Virus record (IMG/VR): IMGVR_UViG_3300024308_000188
Span: 124,001 to 188,000 of that record
Direction: 5' to 3' (one strand)
DNA: 64,000 nucleotides
Part shown: piece by piece, positions 63,003 to 64,000 of the stretch
Position numbering within the stretch: position 1 is the first letter of the stretch
Layout of the letters: every line of letters starts with the position of its first letter
Notes under the pieces: generated by a model
What the model saw: only the letters and a program-made list of their open reading frames with translations
Told to the model about the DNA's origin: nothing
Database searches by the model: none
Translations under genes and position numbers: made by a program

Positions 63003-63467
63003 TCATATTGCTACGACTAATGCAAGTGCAGTAATTATTTTCAGTGTTATGCTTTCAATACTATTCCGCAATTGTTCTTCCCTTCTGCTTTCCCTTTCAT
63101 CATTCAAAACAACTTCCATTTTCAATGCTCTGTATTCTTCCAGCTCAGCAAGTTCACGTATTAAGTTTGCGCGTTGGACAGTTAATTCTAAAATTAAATT
63201 GGCCTGTTCCACAAGTGCTGCATTAGATTCAGCACTGATATAAGCTTGCTCTACTTTTACTAAGTCGTCAGGATCTACAAGTGCCCATGTTTTTCCATTT
63301 GCATCTTTATAACTTCCTACATCATGCGTGAAGGCTTCTGGAATACTCACAGGAGTTACTTCTTTGTGTACGAATTCTGCAATCTTTTTGGTCTGTATTT
63401 CTCTCGGCTCTGGCGCACTAGCACATCCAAAAAGAAACATTGATAAAACAATTAGAGCGTATTTCAT
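63003..63467 (-). CDS. lipoprotein with a coiled coil and hydrophobic C-terminus (spanin-like)
   Basis: MKYALIVLSMFLFG/C lipobox; heptad-rich helix; ends LKIITALALVVAI. Confidence 0.65.
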   Translation of the reverse strand: MKYALIVLSMFLFGCASAPEPREIQTKKIAEFVHKEVTPVSIPEAFTHDVGSYKDANGKTWALVDPDDLVKVEQAYISAESNAALVEQANLILELTVQRANLIRELAELEEYRALKMEVVLNDERESRREEQLRNSIESITLKIITALALVVAI

Positions 63468-63973
63468 TTCATTCCCCTGTTTTCTTCCCAAGCACGAAAT
63501 CCAACTAAACGAAGTGCATTGTACATTGCCCAAGATTTTCTGTCGGTTACGCCTTCAACAATTAAACCTATTTTAAAAATTAAGTCCGCATCTTTCTGCG
63601 TGTAAAATTGCCCTGATGGAGAAGGAATATCATTTCTATAAAGTAGATCATGAATAACCGATGCCTTTAGTCCACTACCAAATGGAGGAAACAGCGACCA
63701 TAGAAATCGAGGACTACTAATAAGATCAGATTCAAAACCTTCTCTTGCTGTTAGCGTTACGATCTTAAACTTACGCAACTTATTAGCTGTTGGAAGTATA
63801 GGGCAATTATTTTCTATGTCCCAACAAAAATCCATACTAAAATCTTCAAGTAAATTAAACTTGTAGCCGCCATCATGTGCTTGAATTTTCAAACTATCGT
63901 GAAATTTCGCAGAGAAGGCATTGGCTACAGAAATTTGCTCTGAATGTTTTACCAAGTAATTTTCTGTAGCCAT
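63464..63973 (-). CDS. DUF1353 family protein
   Basis: GFESDLISSPRFLWSLFPP, ASVIHDLLY, ADLIF, AMYNALRLVG; GGAG RBS. Confidence 0.8.
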   Translation of the reverse strand: MATENYLVKHSEQISVANAFSAKFHDSLKIQAHDGGYKFNLLEDFSMDFCWDIENNCPILPTANKLRKFKIVTLTAREGFESDLISSPRFLWSLFPPFGSGLKASVIHDLLYRNDIPSPSGQFYTQKDADLIFKIGLIVEGVTDRKSWAMYNALRLVGFRAWEENRGMK

Positions 63974-64000
63974 TAACTATCTCCGTTTTTTCATGCTTTC

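Noticed and set aside
62962-63576. Plus-strand ORFs 62962-63243 and 63328-63576
   Set aside because: Antisense to the lipoprotein gene, which has a lipobox, an RBS and a terminator.

Overview
A 64 kb segment of a large, AT-rich lytic dsDNA phage genome (jumbo myovirus-like). Genes are dense and almost all on the + strand; no host housekeeping operons, CRISPR array or integrase are visible. Recognisable genes: tRNA-Gly(TCC), thymidylate kinase, a 2OG-Fe(II) oxygenase, a FliA/sigma28-like sigma factor, UvsE UV endonuclease, a NADAR protein, type II topoisomerase B and A subunits, an HNH protein, a possible second sigma-like protein, DnaB helicase, an intein-containing terminase large subunit, a probable portal, a 5'-3' exonuclease, a peptidase M15A, a MazG-like protein and a DUF1353 protein. 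The glyT-like tRNA and FliA-like sigma suggest a gammaproteobacterial host. Gene content recalls the Y3/JA11/Lu11/PaBG-type jumbo phages (inference, not searched). Main unexplained signals: (1) three densely base-paired, apparently non-coding segments around the tRNA (130-2210); (2) nine copies of a fixed-geometry promoter element, four followed by a covarying AGGCAA-loop leader hairpin; (3) an 8 kb cluster of very acidic and histone-H1-like basic low-complexity proteins that share a ~40 aa helical module, plus Lys-rich tails on replication and packaging enzymes, possibly a condensate or nucleoid system; (4) two degenerate terminase paralogues and other pseudoenzyme-like folds; (5) a strand- and region-biased AAAAGTT motif. 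All family calls come from motif recognition by eye and all counts are manual.
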